From positions 1 to 47,866 of the forward strand of contig JAGVWM010000021.1 of NCBI GenBank assembly GCA_018304325.1: a stretch of 47,866 nucleotides of DNA, written 5' to 3'. The notes under the pieces were generated by a model. That model was not told the origin of the DNA and did not search any database. It saw only the letters and a list, made by a program, of their open reading frames with translations. Each line of letters starts with the position of its first letter. Position 1 is the stretch's first letter. The DNA comes from Candidatus Pacearchaeota archaeon. Its GTDB lineage: Archaea > Nanobdellota > Nanobdellia > Pacearchaeales > GW2011-AR1. Of the stretch, positions 1 through 8,593 are shown one piece after another. The translations under genes were made by a program, and so were the position numbers.

Positions 1-431
1 CTTTGCAAAGTTGTATAAGATGCTTGCTGTCCAACTAAACAACATCCTAAAGAACATTGAGGAATTGAATCAGGAGTGCCTTCATTCCATAAACCATTTG
101 CTTGTTTACAAGCTTCTTCTGGAACATTTTCCATACATAATCCTTCATCACTATCATAACATGTTCCTTTTTGACAAAAACTAGTTGCTTCACAACTTGT
201 TGGGGTGCTTCTTAAACTAGCATCGCAATCTGATAAAGGAGCGTTTTGACAATAAGCTCCATCTTTAGTTCTTTCACAACAATAACTTACCTCTCCAGAA
301 GTTGTACTAGATGTTGTTTGAGCGTAAACAAATGAAACACTTAATGTAAACATTAAAAATACTGATAATGTAATTATACTTAACAATAATCTTTCTTTTT
401 TAATAACCCTCTTTTTATTTTCTTTTTCCAT
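1..431 (-). CDS. Cys-rich secreted/surface protein, N-terminal part (CDS runs off the window edge)
   Basis: The minus-strand frame is open from the ATG at 431-429 to the window edge, so it is absent from the ORF track. It reads MEKENKKRVIKKERLLLSIITLSVFLMFTLSVSFVYAQTTSS... (signal anchor), then Cys-rich sequence ending ...PQCSLGCCLVGQQASYTTLQ. This is colinear with GCCFDT...CELGCCILGQEAQLTTERRC of ORF 4361..5713. Confidence 0.6.
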   Translation of the reverse strand, partial: MEKENKKRVIKKERLLLSIITLSVFLMFTLSVSFVYAQTTSSTTSGEVSYCCERTKDGAYCQNAPLSDCDASLRSTPTSCEATSFCQKGTCYDSDEGLCMENVPEEACKQANGLWNEGTPDSIPQCSLGCCLVGQQASYTTLQ

Positions 432-432
432 G

Positions 433-534
433 TTAAATTAAAGCCCTAATAATACCGTATATCAAGGCTATAGCTGCAATAATCCCAACTGCCCAGGCTA
501 TACAGTACAATATTCTTAGTTTTTTATCTTTCAT
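433..534 (-). CDS. Possible 33-aa single-helix membrane peptide
   Basis: Minus-strand ORF MKDKKLRILYCIAWAVGIIAAIALIYGIIRALI ends 1 nt before the start of the Cys-rich CDS. It is hydrophobic but too short to be sure. Confidence 0.3.
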   Translation of the reverse strand: MKDKKLRILYCIAWAVGIIAAIALIYGIIRALI

Positions 535-590
535 TCTTCCCCCTTTCATTTTTTATCTTTCCCATTTTGTATTTTTTATTTCATTTTGGG

Positions 591-609
591 AACCTTTTTT
601 TAAAAGGTT
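591..609. promoter_or_regulatory. Palindrome AACCTTTTTTTAAAAGGTT upstream of a Cys-rich gene unit (candidate TATA/operator)
   Basis: An identical 19-mer recurs at 5735-5753, again just 5' of a Cys-rich paralogue on the minus strand. Confidence 0.4.
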
Positions 610-884
610 TATTTTAAATCCACAATCTCTTTTTCTTATTTATCTTATTTAATAATCATATTTCCACTTATTTTTAATTTATTATTTATGTCCATAAATC
701 TAAAACCACATTCTTTAGAATGTGGTAGTAACTTTAGGGTTTTAGATTTTGGATCATCCAGAAAACCACTAAACAAACCACACCTTTTAAGGTGTGGTAA
801 ACTCAAGGTTTTCTTGATTTTGACCATTTCTTTTTTATCTTCCTTCATTTTTTATCTTCCTGTTTTTTAAATATTCGTCGCTGT

Positions 885-956
885 TGGACGAGCCGAGATT
901 TGCACCCGGATACCTTAGGCGACGGCTAAGGACATTAACTATTATGTTACTCGCCC
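885..956 (-). tRNA. tRNA-Asp(GTC)-like, non-canonical
   Basis: Hand-folded cloverleaf. Acceptor GGGCGAG/CTCGTCC (one G-U); D stem ACAT/ATGT. Anticodon stem CTTAG/CTAAG with loop CCGTCGC (anticodon GTC). 4-nt variable region; T stem CCGGG/CTCGG with loop TGCAAAT; discriminator A; no encoded CCA. C at position 33 and G at 55 are atypical. Confidence 0.55.
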
Positions 957-1045
957 AACTATGAATAGGAAGTTTTAAATATAAGTTATTATTATAATTA
1001 TAGACGGCTAAGGTATTAGTTATTATGTTACTTTTTCTTTTCATT

Positions 1046-1939
1046 TTAAAATCCATATCCTGGTGGCCATGCCAGACTCCTCACAGCAAACTGAAATTTA
1101 TCATTAGTATTTCTATCAGTTAATATATATACAGTTGTTCCATCTTCTTGTTTATATTTTTCCACTTTTACTCCAGGATATAATATCATATATTGTAAAG
1201 GATCACTATCACCATATCTTGCCTCATAATTTAACAAACTTGTACTTAATCCAACTAATTTGTAAGCATTACTTGGAATGCTTATTTCAAACCCCTCAAA
1301 TCTTTGAGTATTATCTTTTGTAACAGCAAGATCATAATTTATTTTTATTATTACATTTTTATTAGCTAAATTAACCTCAAAATTATAATTTCTACTACTT
1401 AATGTATAACCTTTAGAAGTTAGATCTTCTTGTAATGTCTTAACACAAGAATCAACCTGATCTTTAACTGCTTTTTTTATTTCTGATTCAACATATGAAA
1501 CTAAAAGAGGTTTTTGCATATAACAAGTCTGATAATACTGATTTGTATAGCATAGATATTCTATTTGTTTTCCTTGATACTGATAGTATAACTTTGGTTC
1601 ATTTGTTCCGCCTTGTAATAAAATATTATTAATAGAATTTTTAATATCATCATTTTGTAAACACTCTCTTAAGTTTTGTTCAACATTTATTTCCTGGCTA
1701 CCAAATACTTGTTGAGTTAAATTTTTACCCTGCTGAGTTATAGTAAAAAATAAAACAATTCCAACAACTATCACAATTGCAATGATTACAAATACTGTTA
1801 CTTGCGAGCGCTTTGACTTTACCAAATTATTATTAGAACTAAAAGTCAAAGTGCGAGTTGCTTTTTTATCACCCTTTTTTATCATCTTCATTTTAACGAG
1901 GATTTTATTTATAAACTTAATTACATTTTGTGATGTCAA
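1046..1939 (-). CDS. Pilin-like protein with class III (type IV prepilin-like) signal peptide
   Basis: ...KKATRTLTFSSNNNLVKSKRSQVTVFVIIAIVIVVGIVLFF is a basic stretch, then KRS/Q, then a hydrophobic helix. It is a paralogue of ORF 5779..6606 and shares LCYT..C spacing and the C-terminal FQFAVRS / MQFALRN. The true start is probably the internal MIKKGDKK near 1885. Confidence 0.6.
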   Translation of the reverse strand: MTSQNVIKFINKILVKMKMIKKGDKKATRTLTFSSNNNLVKSKRSQVTVFVIIAIVIVVGIVLFFTITQQGKNLTQQVFGSQEINVEQNLRECLQNDDIKNSINNILLQGGTNEPKLYYQYQGKQIEYLCYTNQYYQTCYMQKPLLVSYVESEIKKAVKDQVDSCVKTLQEDLTSKGYTLSSRNYNFEVNLANKNVIIKINYDLAVTKDNTQRFEGFEISIPSNAYKLVGLSTSLLNYEARYGDSDPLQYMILYPGVKVEKYKQEDGTTVYILTDRNTNDKFQFAVRSLAWPPGYGF

Positions 1940-2061
1940 GATTTTTTTGAAAACTATACATTTTAGTGTCTAGTTAAATCTTGATCATCCAAAAGTCCAA
2001 ATAAACTATACTTGCAAGGTACATTAACATTTAGACTTTTTGATATTTATATCTTGCATTT

Positions 2062-5000
2062 TTATTCAGCAGCCTGATATGGTTTAACAACTGCTGAACA
2101 CTGATCTGGCTCATTACTCCATATATCTTTGCATTTTATGTATGAAATTGATTTTAAGTTCCATACAGTTTTATGAATTTTAGTATTTCCGAAATCCATA
2201 CTTGTGCCATTTGCAAATCTTCATCTGTTTCTATAACTAAATCTCCAAAGTCATAATAAATTCTTGTAATTCCGGGAGGAATTGTGTCTAATTCAAGATT
2301 AAAGTTAGTATTTCCATATGCAAGATTTCCAGCACTATCAATACATCTTACATCTATAGAATAATTTCCTATATTTAGCGATGTAAATGTCTGCTTGTGT
2401 TCATTTGAAAGAGTTTGTGCAAATGTGATATAAGGTTGTGTATTTATAGAATACTGGCACGCTGCTTCACCAGAACTAAAACCTCCGGTTGTACTGACTA
2501 TTAAATCTACTTGAGATGTTTCACTTCCTCTTGTTATTGTTCCAGATGGAGAAATACTACTTATTGTCAAATCAGTTGAAGTTTTTTTCAAAGTATATAC
2601 ATAACCTGCCCCAATATTTCTTTTAGTATCTTCCCCTAACCAAGGCTGATCTCTGCATTTAATATAAAATTTATTTTCATCTTCAGGTAAAGAAAGTCCA
2701 ACTGTGCAAGGATACCCAAGTAGAGTTGCATCATTTAAATTATTTTTACAATTCAATGTTTTAGTCATTTCAAAATATCCGACATCACTTGTATTATATT
2801 TACATTCTGCAGGTTCATTAATAAAAAATGTAGTTATCCATGAAGTTGTATTTTTAGCAACATAAGAATCTGATTTTGGTGCAGTTGCTAAAACAACAGG
2901 AGGAGTTAAATCAGGTCCTGGTTTTACGCAGAAATTTACTTCATATACCCCAGTATTTTCTAAACCATTCATATTCCTACATTTAACATAAAGGTTAATT
3001 TCTCCCGCTTTATCCAGTATTGAATCATAAGCTGTTTGATTATTTTTTATTATTTCACTTGCCTGAGAAAATTCTGCAGGATTATTTGTTTCACCTGCAA
3101 TAATGCTATCAACACTTGGGAAAAATGTTAGTGCAGTATGATTTTTACTTAATACTTCTCCTTCTAAGAAGTTTCCAGACATTTCTTCATATGTTTCTCC
3201 AGATTCTTCTGAATATCTGCAAGATGAAAGAACATTTGTATCAATCCCAATTGTTACTGGGGAAAATGGATTTACACACTCTCCGCTTGAAGTTCTAACT
3301 TCAAATCCATTATTACTTACACTTTGGTATTTATATCCCTCAGTTAAAATTTTTTCATCAGCGCTTAAAATAGGAGGACCATCTTCTCCCTGAATTGAAG
3401 TACACTTATCATAACCTGTTCCTTCATTAACTATTTTACAATTTGATCCTAGAGATTCACATCTATATTTGCTACATGGTTTCTGAGGATCATTATTACA
3501 GAAATCACAATTGCCTCCAGAAGGTTGTGTCCATGCTTTGCATTCAAATGTTATCTCTGTTTCTTCTTGCTTTCCACATCCTAATGCATACATAATTCCA
3601 ACAACAGCCAATGCTCCAATAGCTGCTAACCCTAAAGGAGATATTACAGTAAGGGTGCTTCCTCCAGCAAAGCCAACTCCAACTCCTCCAGTAGCAGCTC
3701 CTATTCCTCCACCAATACCTGCACCAACAGCAGCTCCTCCAACAGTTCCACCTAAATTTGAACCAGAAAACATATTTCCTAACTGATCATCATTAGCGCT
3801 AACCTTTCCAGCAGAAAACATATCTTCAATTCCAAAGTTTTGCAAAAGGTTCATTCCTTGCACATTATTATAAAATCCAGGATCAGCACTTCCAGTTATG
3901 CTTGTTAATCCAGAAGAAAATGCATTTATTGCATACATTTTTTCCAAACCCATAAGTCTTGGAGGTTCTTTTGCCTTGCCCCCTTCTTTTTTTATTGAGT
4001 AACCACCATCAGTTGTTTTTCCAGCAATATTTGTATAAGCTCCGCAATCTCCTAAAGTTCTGCAATAATTATTCATTTGCTGTGTGAACTGTATTTTTTC
4101 ACACTCGCAGTTTTTTACACATTCCCATCCACCAGGACATTTTTTTTCATAAACTACAACACATGTTTTTGTTCCTGCATCACAAATACTTTCACTTCCT
4201 CCACTTCCTAAATTTCCTACATCTCCTAGTGCCCCTCCTCCTAAATTTCCCCCTAATTCACTTCCCACAGCACTTGTTATAGCTCCACCTTGTCCAAATT
4301 CATTTCCGGGAGGATATTGTGGAACACAGGCAGTAAAATAAAAATCCTCATCTATATAAACTACTTTAGGAGTGCAGTCAGGGTTTTGAGAGCATGTAGC
4401 AATATTTCTTCCAGAACAATCTTCCCACATATTAGGTCTGCAAAAAGCTCCACTTTGATCAGGATTTTGAGAAAGACGCTACTACCTCCACCTAATCCAC
4501 CAGTTAATTCTCCTCCCAAATCACCACCAAAAATATCTCCAATTGCATTTCCAGTTAATCCACCAAGCAACCCATTTCCACTTAAAATTTCACTTCCAAA
4601 TCCACCTGTTTCCACACAAATTTCTTTTCTATAATCAGCACATGGTTCTGTTTGTATTTCTCCATTTACACACAACTCTCTAAAATGCCTGCTTCCAACA
4701 ACATCATTTCCATTTCCAACTTTACCATCATAAACACACCAAGATTCTCCGTTTGTCCTGATTTTTAATTTATCTCTGCAATTTAGATCTCTACAAACAT
4801 AATCTCCATCAGTTTTCTTTTTGTCTTGTCCAGACTTATAAGCAGCACATAAACTTCCTTCACCATAATCACAATTCCCACAACCTTGGGATCTTATATT
4901 ATTACTTCCCACTCCACAAGAATTTTCTTTGCTCAAAATTTTTCCATCATTAAAAGATCTATCTTTATTAGAGTCATAAATATTCTCTCTATTTCCACAA

Positions 5001-5713
5001 GAATCAAACCAATAAATTTCATCTTTACCTTCAACACAATTAGTATTAACTTGTTTTTCACAATTAGTTTTCAATTCAGGATTACTACATAAATAATTTT
5101 CATAAAATTCTCCACCTATTGATTGACATTCAGTTTTTGTTCCAAACTTACAAGTATTTTCTCCACCTTCGCTATCAAGAATAACACAAGCACCTTCACT
5201 TTGGCTGTCAGCTAATCCAACACATGTTAATTCATCTTTTACACTTGAATCAAACTTTCCAGGTATTCCATTTAATTCTTCAAGTTTTTCACATCTTCTT
5301 TCGGTTGTTAGCTGAGCTTCTTGCCCAAGAATACAACATCCCAACTCACACTGATTTACTTCACATGATGTTGAAGAAAACCATTGACCATCTTGTTTAG
5401 ATTCACACTGAGTTTTTATAGAGTTTGGGGTACACAATCCTTCATTGGTATCAAAGCAACATCCATTTCCTCCACTTCCACTTAAACTGCTTAAAGAACT
5501 TCCCCCAATACTAGACAAATCTGGAAGTGATTGTGCAGAAACACTAGGAATTAAAATAAAAAAACTATCAACTTCGTTAATTAAATCATTATTTATCTGA
5601 TACCCAGATAAAATAAAACTAAAACCTAATATTGAAGAAACAAATAATATTATTTCAAATACGGCAATATATTTCTTTTCTTTCTCTTGATTTTCCTCTT
5701 TTTTATTTTTCAT
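2062..5713 (-). pseudogene. Giant (~1200 aa) Cys-rich, Gly-rich surface protein, interrupted by two apparent 1-nt frame shifts
   Basis: ORFs 4361..5713 and 2154..4430 overlap. The frame of the second is open from 4478 and reads RLSQNPDQSGAFCRPNMWEDCSGRN, continuing the first after ...GGLGGGSS. A third frame after ...IETDED (about 2225) reads FANGTSMDFGNTKIHKTVWNLKSISYIKCKDIWSNEPDQCSAVVKPYQAAE, with its stop at 2062-2064. There is an N-terminal signal anchor and many C-x-C modules. Confidence 0.55.
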
Positions 5714-5733
5714 TCCTTTTTCATTGTTTTTGA

Positions 5734-5754
5734 GAACCTTTTTTTAAAAGGTTC
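5734..5754. promoter_or_regulatory. Palindrome GAACCTTTTTTTAAAAGGTTC upstream of the giant Cys-rich gene
   Basis: Lies 20-40 nt 5' of the ATG at 5713. It has the same 19-mer core as 591-609. A second partial palindrome, AAGCCTTTTTCTAAAGGTTT, follows. Confidence 0.4.
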
Positions 5755-5778
5755 ATTTGGAAGCCTTTTTCTAAAGGT

Positions 5779-6606
5779 TTATTTAGGTGTAGGTTGTACA
5801 CAATTTCTCAAAGCAAATTGCATTATCTTTCCAGTTTTAGTATCAGTTACAGTGTAAACTTTTTCATCATCTCCTGTTTGATCTTTGGCTATACTAACCC
5901 AAGTATTTGTTCTCATAATTAATGTGTAATCACTATTACAATATATTGCTTCTTGGTAAATTATTTTTTGGATTATTATTGCCATGTCATACAAAGGAGT
6001 AAAAGTTGATATTTCTACTGAACTGAATTTTCTTTGCTCATCAGCTTTTTTTATGTTTATATCTGCATCAATACTAACTTTAGCTTTATCAGGAACTAAA
6101 CTTATTGCAAACCCCTTATAATTAACACTTACTTGATAAGCTTTAGATTCATAATCAGCTTTCATCTGGTTCACACAATTAGATACTTTATTATTCATAT
6201 AAAGATGAATTTCATTTTCTAAATGTTCTATCCAAACAGCTTCCGAAGGATAACATTTTTCCCCAGTATTTCCAGTATAGCATAAATAAGGTAAATCTCG
6301 CCCTTTGTAACTTTTTGTCTTTTGAGGAAGTTGTATATATCCTGAGTTTGTAATAATTTTATCTACAGATTCTTCTAAACTACTTTGGATACAACTTTCC
6401 AAAAAATCTTTAGGATTATCAGAGCTGGTAGGTTTTATAGACAAATCATTTTTCTTGAATAATACAAAAAGGAGTATTATTGCAACAACTATAATTATTG
6501 CTAATATTACAAATATTGTCACTTGCGAGCGCTTTGACTTTACTAAATCATTATTAGAACTGAAAGTAAAAACGCTAGTTGCTTTCTTATTTTGTTTTTT
6601 TAGCAT
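5779..6606 (-). CDS. Pilin-like protein with class III signal peptide (paralogue of 1046..1939)
   Basis: MLKKQNKKATSVFTFSSNNDLVKSKRSQVTIFVILAIIIVVAIILLFVLF, with the same architecture and conserved Cys positions as 1046..1939. Confidence 0.6.
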   Translation of the reverse strand: MLKKQNKKATSVFTFSSNNDLVKSKRSQVTIFVILAIIIVVAIILLFVLFKKNDLSIKPTSSDNPKDFLESCIQSSLEESVDKIITNSGYIQLPQKTKSYKGRDLPYLCYTGNTGEKCYPSEAVWIEHLENEIHLYMNNKVSNCVNQMKADYESKAYQVSVNYKGFAISLVPDKAKVSIDADINIKKADEQRKFSSVEISTFTPLYDMAIIIQKIIYQEAIYCNSDYTLIMRTNTWVSIAKDQTGDDEKVYTVTDTKTGKIMQFALRNCVQPTPK

Positions 6607-6610
6607 TTTC

Positions 6611-6820
6611 TTATTTTACCATCCATAAATTTACACCATCTTTTTTTATTCTTTCTATTTTATTATCTACAACTAACTCTAATAAATACTTGTCGGCAGT
6701 ATTCCAGGATATCTTGAAATGTTTCGCGACTTCAGAACTAGTAACAACTCTACTTTTTTTTATAAATTCTAAAATTTTATTGTTATGAATATTCATATCA
6801 TAAAACATAGTAATAATCAT
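6611..6820 (-). CDS. Small winged-helix DNA-binding protein
   Basis: KILEFIKKSRVVTSSEVAKHFKISWNTADKYLLELVVDNKIERIKK is an HTH-like pattern. It lies 4 nt upstream of the pilin-like gene. Confidence 0.5.
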   Translation of the reverse strand: MIITMFYDMNIHNNKILEFIKKSRVVTSSEVAKHFKISWNTADKYLLELVVDNKIERIKKDGVNLWMVK

Positions 6821-6895
6821 ATTATTATTTATATGAAGATAAATATTACTACTAATATGTATAATAATACAAAGTATTTAAACATTTTTATTGGT

Positions 6896-6916
6896 ATACA
6901 TTGTTACTTTAATTGG
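6896..6916 (+). repeat. Left terminal inverted repeat
   Basis: ATACATTGTTACTTTAATTGG, preceded by TATTGGT. Confidence 0.8.
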
Positions 6917-6980
6917 CCTTTTTGTCTTTTGAGTTTTAGGGTGCCGATATATTTAAAAAGTTCTGGCACCTAATTAATTT

Positions 6981-7139
6981 ATGAAAATAATGAAAGTTTT
7001 GGACAAAAAAATTGGTGATGTGGAGTATATTAAGTTTAGAATTAATCTACCTAAACAAGTTGTTGAAAATTCAGGATTAAAAGAAAAAGAAGTTAAAGTT
7101 AGAGAAGAAAAAGGGAAAATTATAATTGAGAAGGAATAA
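6981..7139 (+). CDS. AbrB/SpoVT-like small DNA-binding protein (52 aa)
   Basis: MKIMKVLDKKIGDVEYIKFRINLPKQVVENSGLKEKEVKVREEKGKIIIEKE fits the swapped-hairpin pattern (x-I-x-I/L-P-K-x-V/I ... G-K-I-I-I). It is below the ORF-track cutoff. TATA-like GATATATTTAAAA lies about 23 nt upstream. Confidence 0.5.
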   Translation: MKIMKVLDKKIGDVEYIKFRINLPKQVVENSGLKEKEVKVREEKGKIIIEKE

Positions 7140-8487
7140 TTCCCTTTACTAAGTATTTGCTTGTCTTTGTTGTTCCTTGATGTTCTAACAACCCTGCACT
7201 AACCAATTCATTTAATATTTTTAAAGCAGTTACTCTTGAAACACCTAGATATTTCATTACATTTGATGAGGTTATTATTTTATTTTTCTTTATCATCGTG
7301 TATAATCTTATCATCTTTATATCTTTAGATATTTTTGAACTCAAGCTTATTTTAACATAGAATGAAGATGGCGAATCTCCAATTACCTTAAATTCAGGCT
7401 CTATTTTACGTAAACGTTCAAGTTCTTCTTTTATTTTCCATATACCTTCTCCTCTACCTTCATATAATTGTTTTGGATTAAGGAATGTATAAAGTCCTTC
7501 ATTAGGATGATATGTAGTATGACTAAATAATATATCTGCCCACATTTTTTCAGAAACTACTGCAGGATTGCTTATATCAAAACAATCTGCAAATATTCTT
7601 ATCCTAATGTGCTCACTACTTCGGTAATTTCTATGAGCTACAGAGTTAGTAATGACTTCACGGATTACACTTACAGGAATTGTTGGGGATTCAATCATCT
7701 TAGCACCCTCGTATCTTCTTTCAATAGGTAAGTTTTGTATAAGTATTTGAGTCGCTTCCTCAATTAAGAGACCTGCAGGTCTTGACAACTTTATTGAAGT
7801 TCCGATTGGAATTGGAGAACTACCCAAAACATTTTCATACTTTTGAATTTCTATAAATGCTCCTTCAACATATTCAACTGGATTTTTAGATAATGCAATT
7901 ACTCCCCGTATAGTAATTGAACCATTATGGGTAATGCTTTCTAGGATATTTTTTTCATCTTTAACCAGAAGTTTGGAATATTTTTTTAATTCATCTTTAT
8001 CAACATCTTCTTTGGTAGCATGAGTTGGTAAATTTTCAATATTAACACCCCCATAAACAATATGATAACGCCTTACTTCTTCAGGTTGCAAAGGTAAACA
8101 TGATTCTCCTTTTCTTTCGTAGAAAGTTTTTTTATAAGCACATGGCTTTAACTCCCCAACATCTCTAACTTCTATAAGACCTAAGTTTTTGCCTTTATAT
8201 AAAATAATCTTAGATTTAGTTAATGGGGAAGGTTTAACATTATTAATAGCTTGAGAAAATGTTCGCTGGAATTCATCTTCATCAACTCCAATTATTTCTC
8301 CCCCTTGTTTCAGGTCTCTTTGCCCAACAAGAATTACGCCACCAATTTTAGTCCCAAAACTTGCTATTCTAATTCCTATATTTTCCTGGTCACAAGTAGT
8401 TCTGTCAAAAGTTTCACTTTCAGAGTATTCTATAAGCTTCTCACTACTTAAATTATAAATCGTGTCTAATGCTACTTTGTCTTCCAT
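7120..8487 (-). CDS. AlbA_2 (Schlafen-like) + HATPase_c_4 + C-terminal wHTH putative regulator / ATP-binding protein
   Basis: N-terminus: ...IASFGTKIGGVILVGQRD...IGV...LIEVRDVG..P..YKKTFYERKGESCLPL (divergent AAA/AlbA_2 pattern). Middle: VIREVITNSVAHRNYRSSEHIRIRIF (HATPase_c_4 pattern). C-terminus: SSNVMKYLGVSRVTALKILNELVSAGLL (wHTH). Confidence 0.6.
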   Translation of the reverse strand: MEDKVALDTIYNLSSEKLIEYSESETFDRTTCDQENIGIRIASFGTKIGGVILVGQRDLKQGGEIIGVDEDEFQRTFSQAINNVKPSPLTKSKIILYKGKNLGLIEVRDVGELKPCAYKKTFYERKGESCLPLQPEEVRRYHIVYGGVNIENLPTHATKEDVDKDELKKYSKLLVKDEKNILESITHNGSITIRGVIALSKNPVEYVEGAFIEIQKYENVLGSSPIPIGTSIKLSRPAGLLIEEATQILIQNLPIERRYEGAKMIESPTIPVSVIREVITNSVAHRNYRSSEHIRIRIFADCFDISNPAVVSEKMWADILFSHTTYHPNEGLYTFLNPKQLYEGRGEGIWKIKEELERLRKIEPEFKVIGDSPSSFYVKISLSSKISKDIKMIRLYTMIKKNKIITSSNVMKYLGVSRVTALKILNELVSAGLLEHQGTTKTSKYLVKGIIPSQL

Positions 8488-8490
8488 AAT

Positions 8491-8534
8491 AATTGTTTAA
8501 TTGTTTAGTATATAAACTTTACTATTAAACAATT
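8491..8534. promoter_or_regulatory. Operator-like inverted repeat around the TATA box of 7120..8487
   Basis: AATTGTTTAAT (8491-8501) and ATTAAACAATT (8524-8534) flank minus-strand AAAGTTTATATA. AATTGTTTA is also tandemly repeated. Confidence 0.4.
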
Positions 8535-8593
8535 AAATATCTTACTATTTCGGGTTCCGAAAGGTTTATATAGTTCGGGTGCCTAATTATTGT

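Noticed and set aside
706-801. The twin hairpins considered as a mini CRISPR array.
   Set aside because: There are only two units, they are not identical, the spacing does not repeat beyond one interval, and no cas genes are in the window.
645-1056. ORF-track entries 645..848, 688..870 and 835..1056.
   Set aside because: They are low-complexity, overlap each other, the hairpins and the tRNA, and have no recognisable motifs. They are probably non-coding.
3511-4634. Pro/Ala-rich plus-strand ORFs 3511..3786 and 4290..4634. The same applies to similar antisense ORFs: 15187..15561, 15979..16182, 25177..25407, 25870..26142, 32405..32863, 37131..37487, 37493..37750, 39103..39471 and 46276..46569.
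   Set aside because: They are antisense shadows of long, well-supported genes. Gly-rich or Cys-rich codons read on the opposite strand give Pro-rich or low-complexity open frames.
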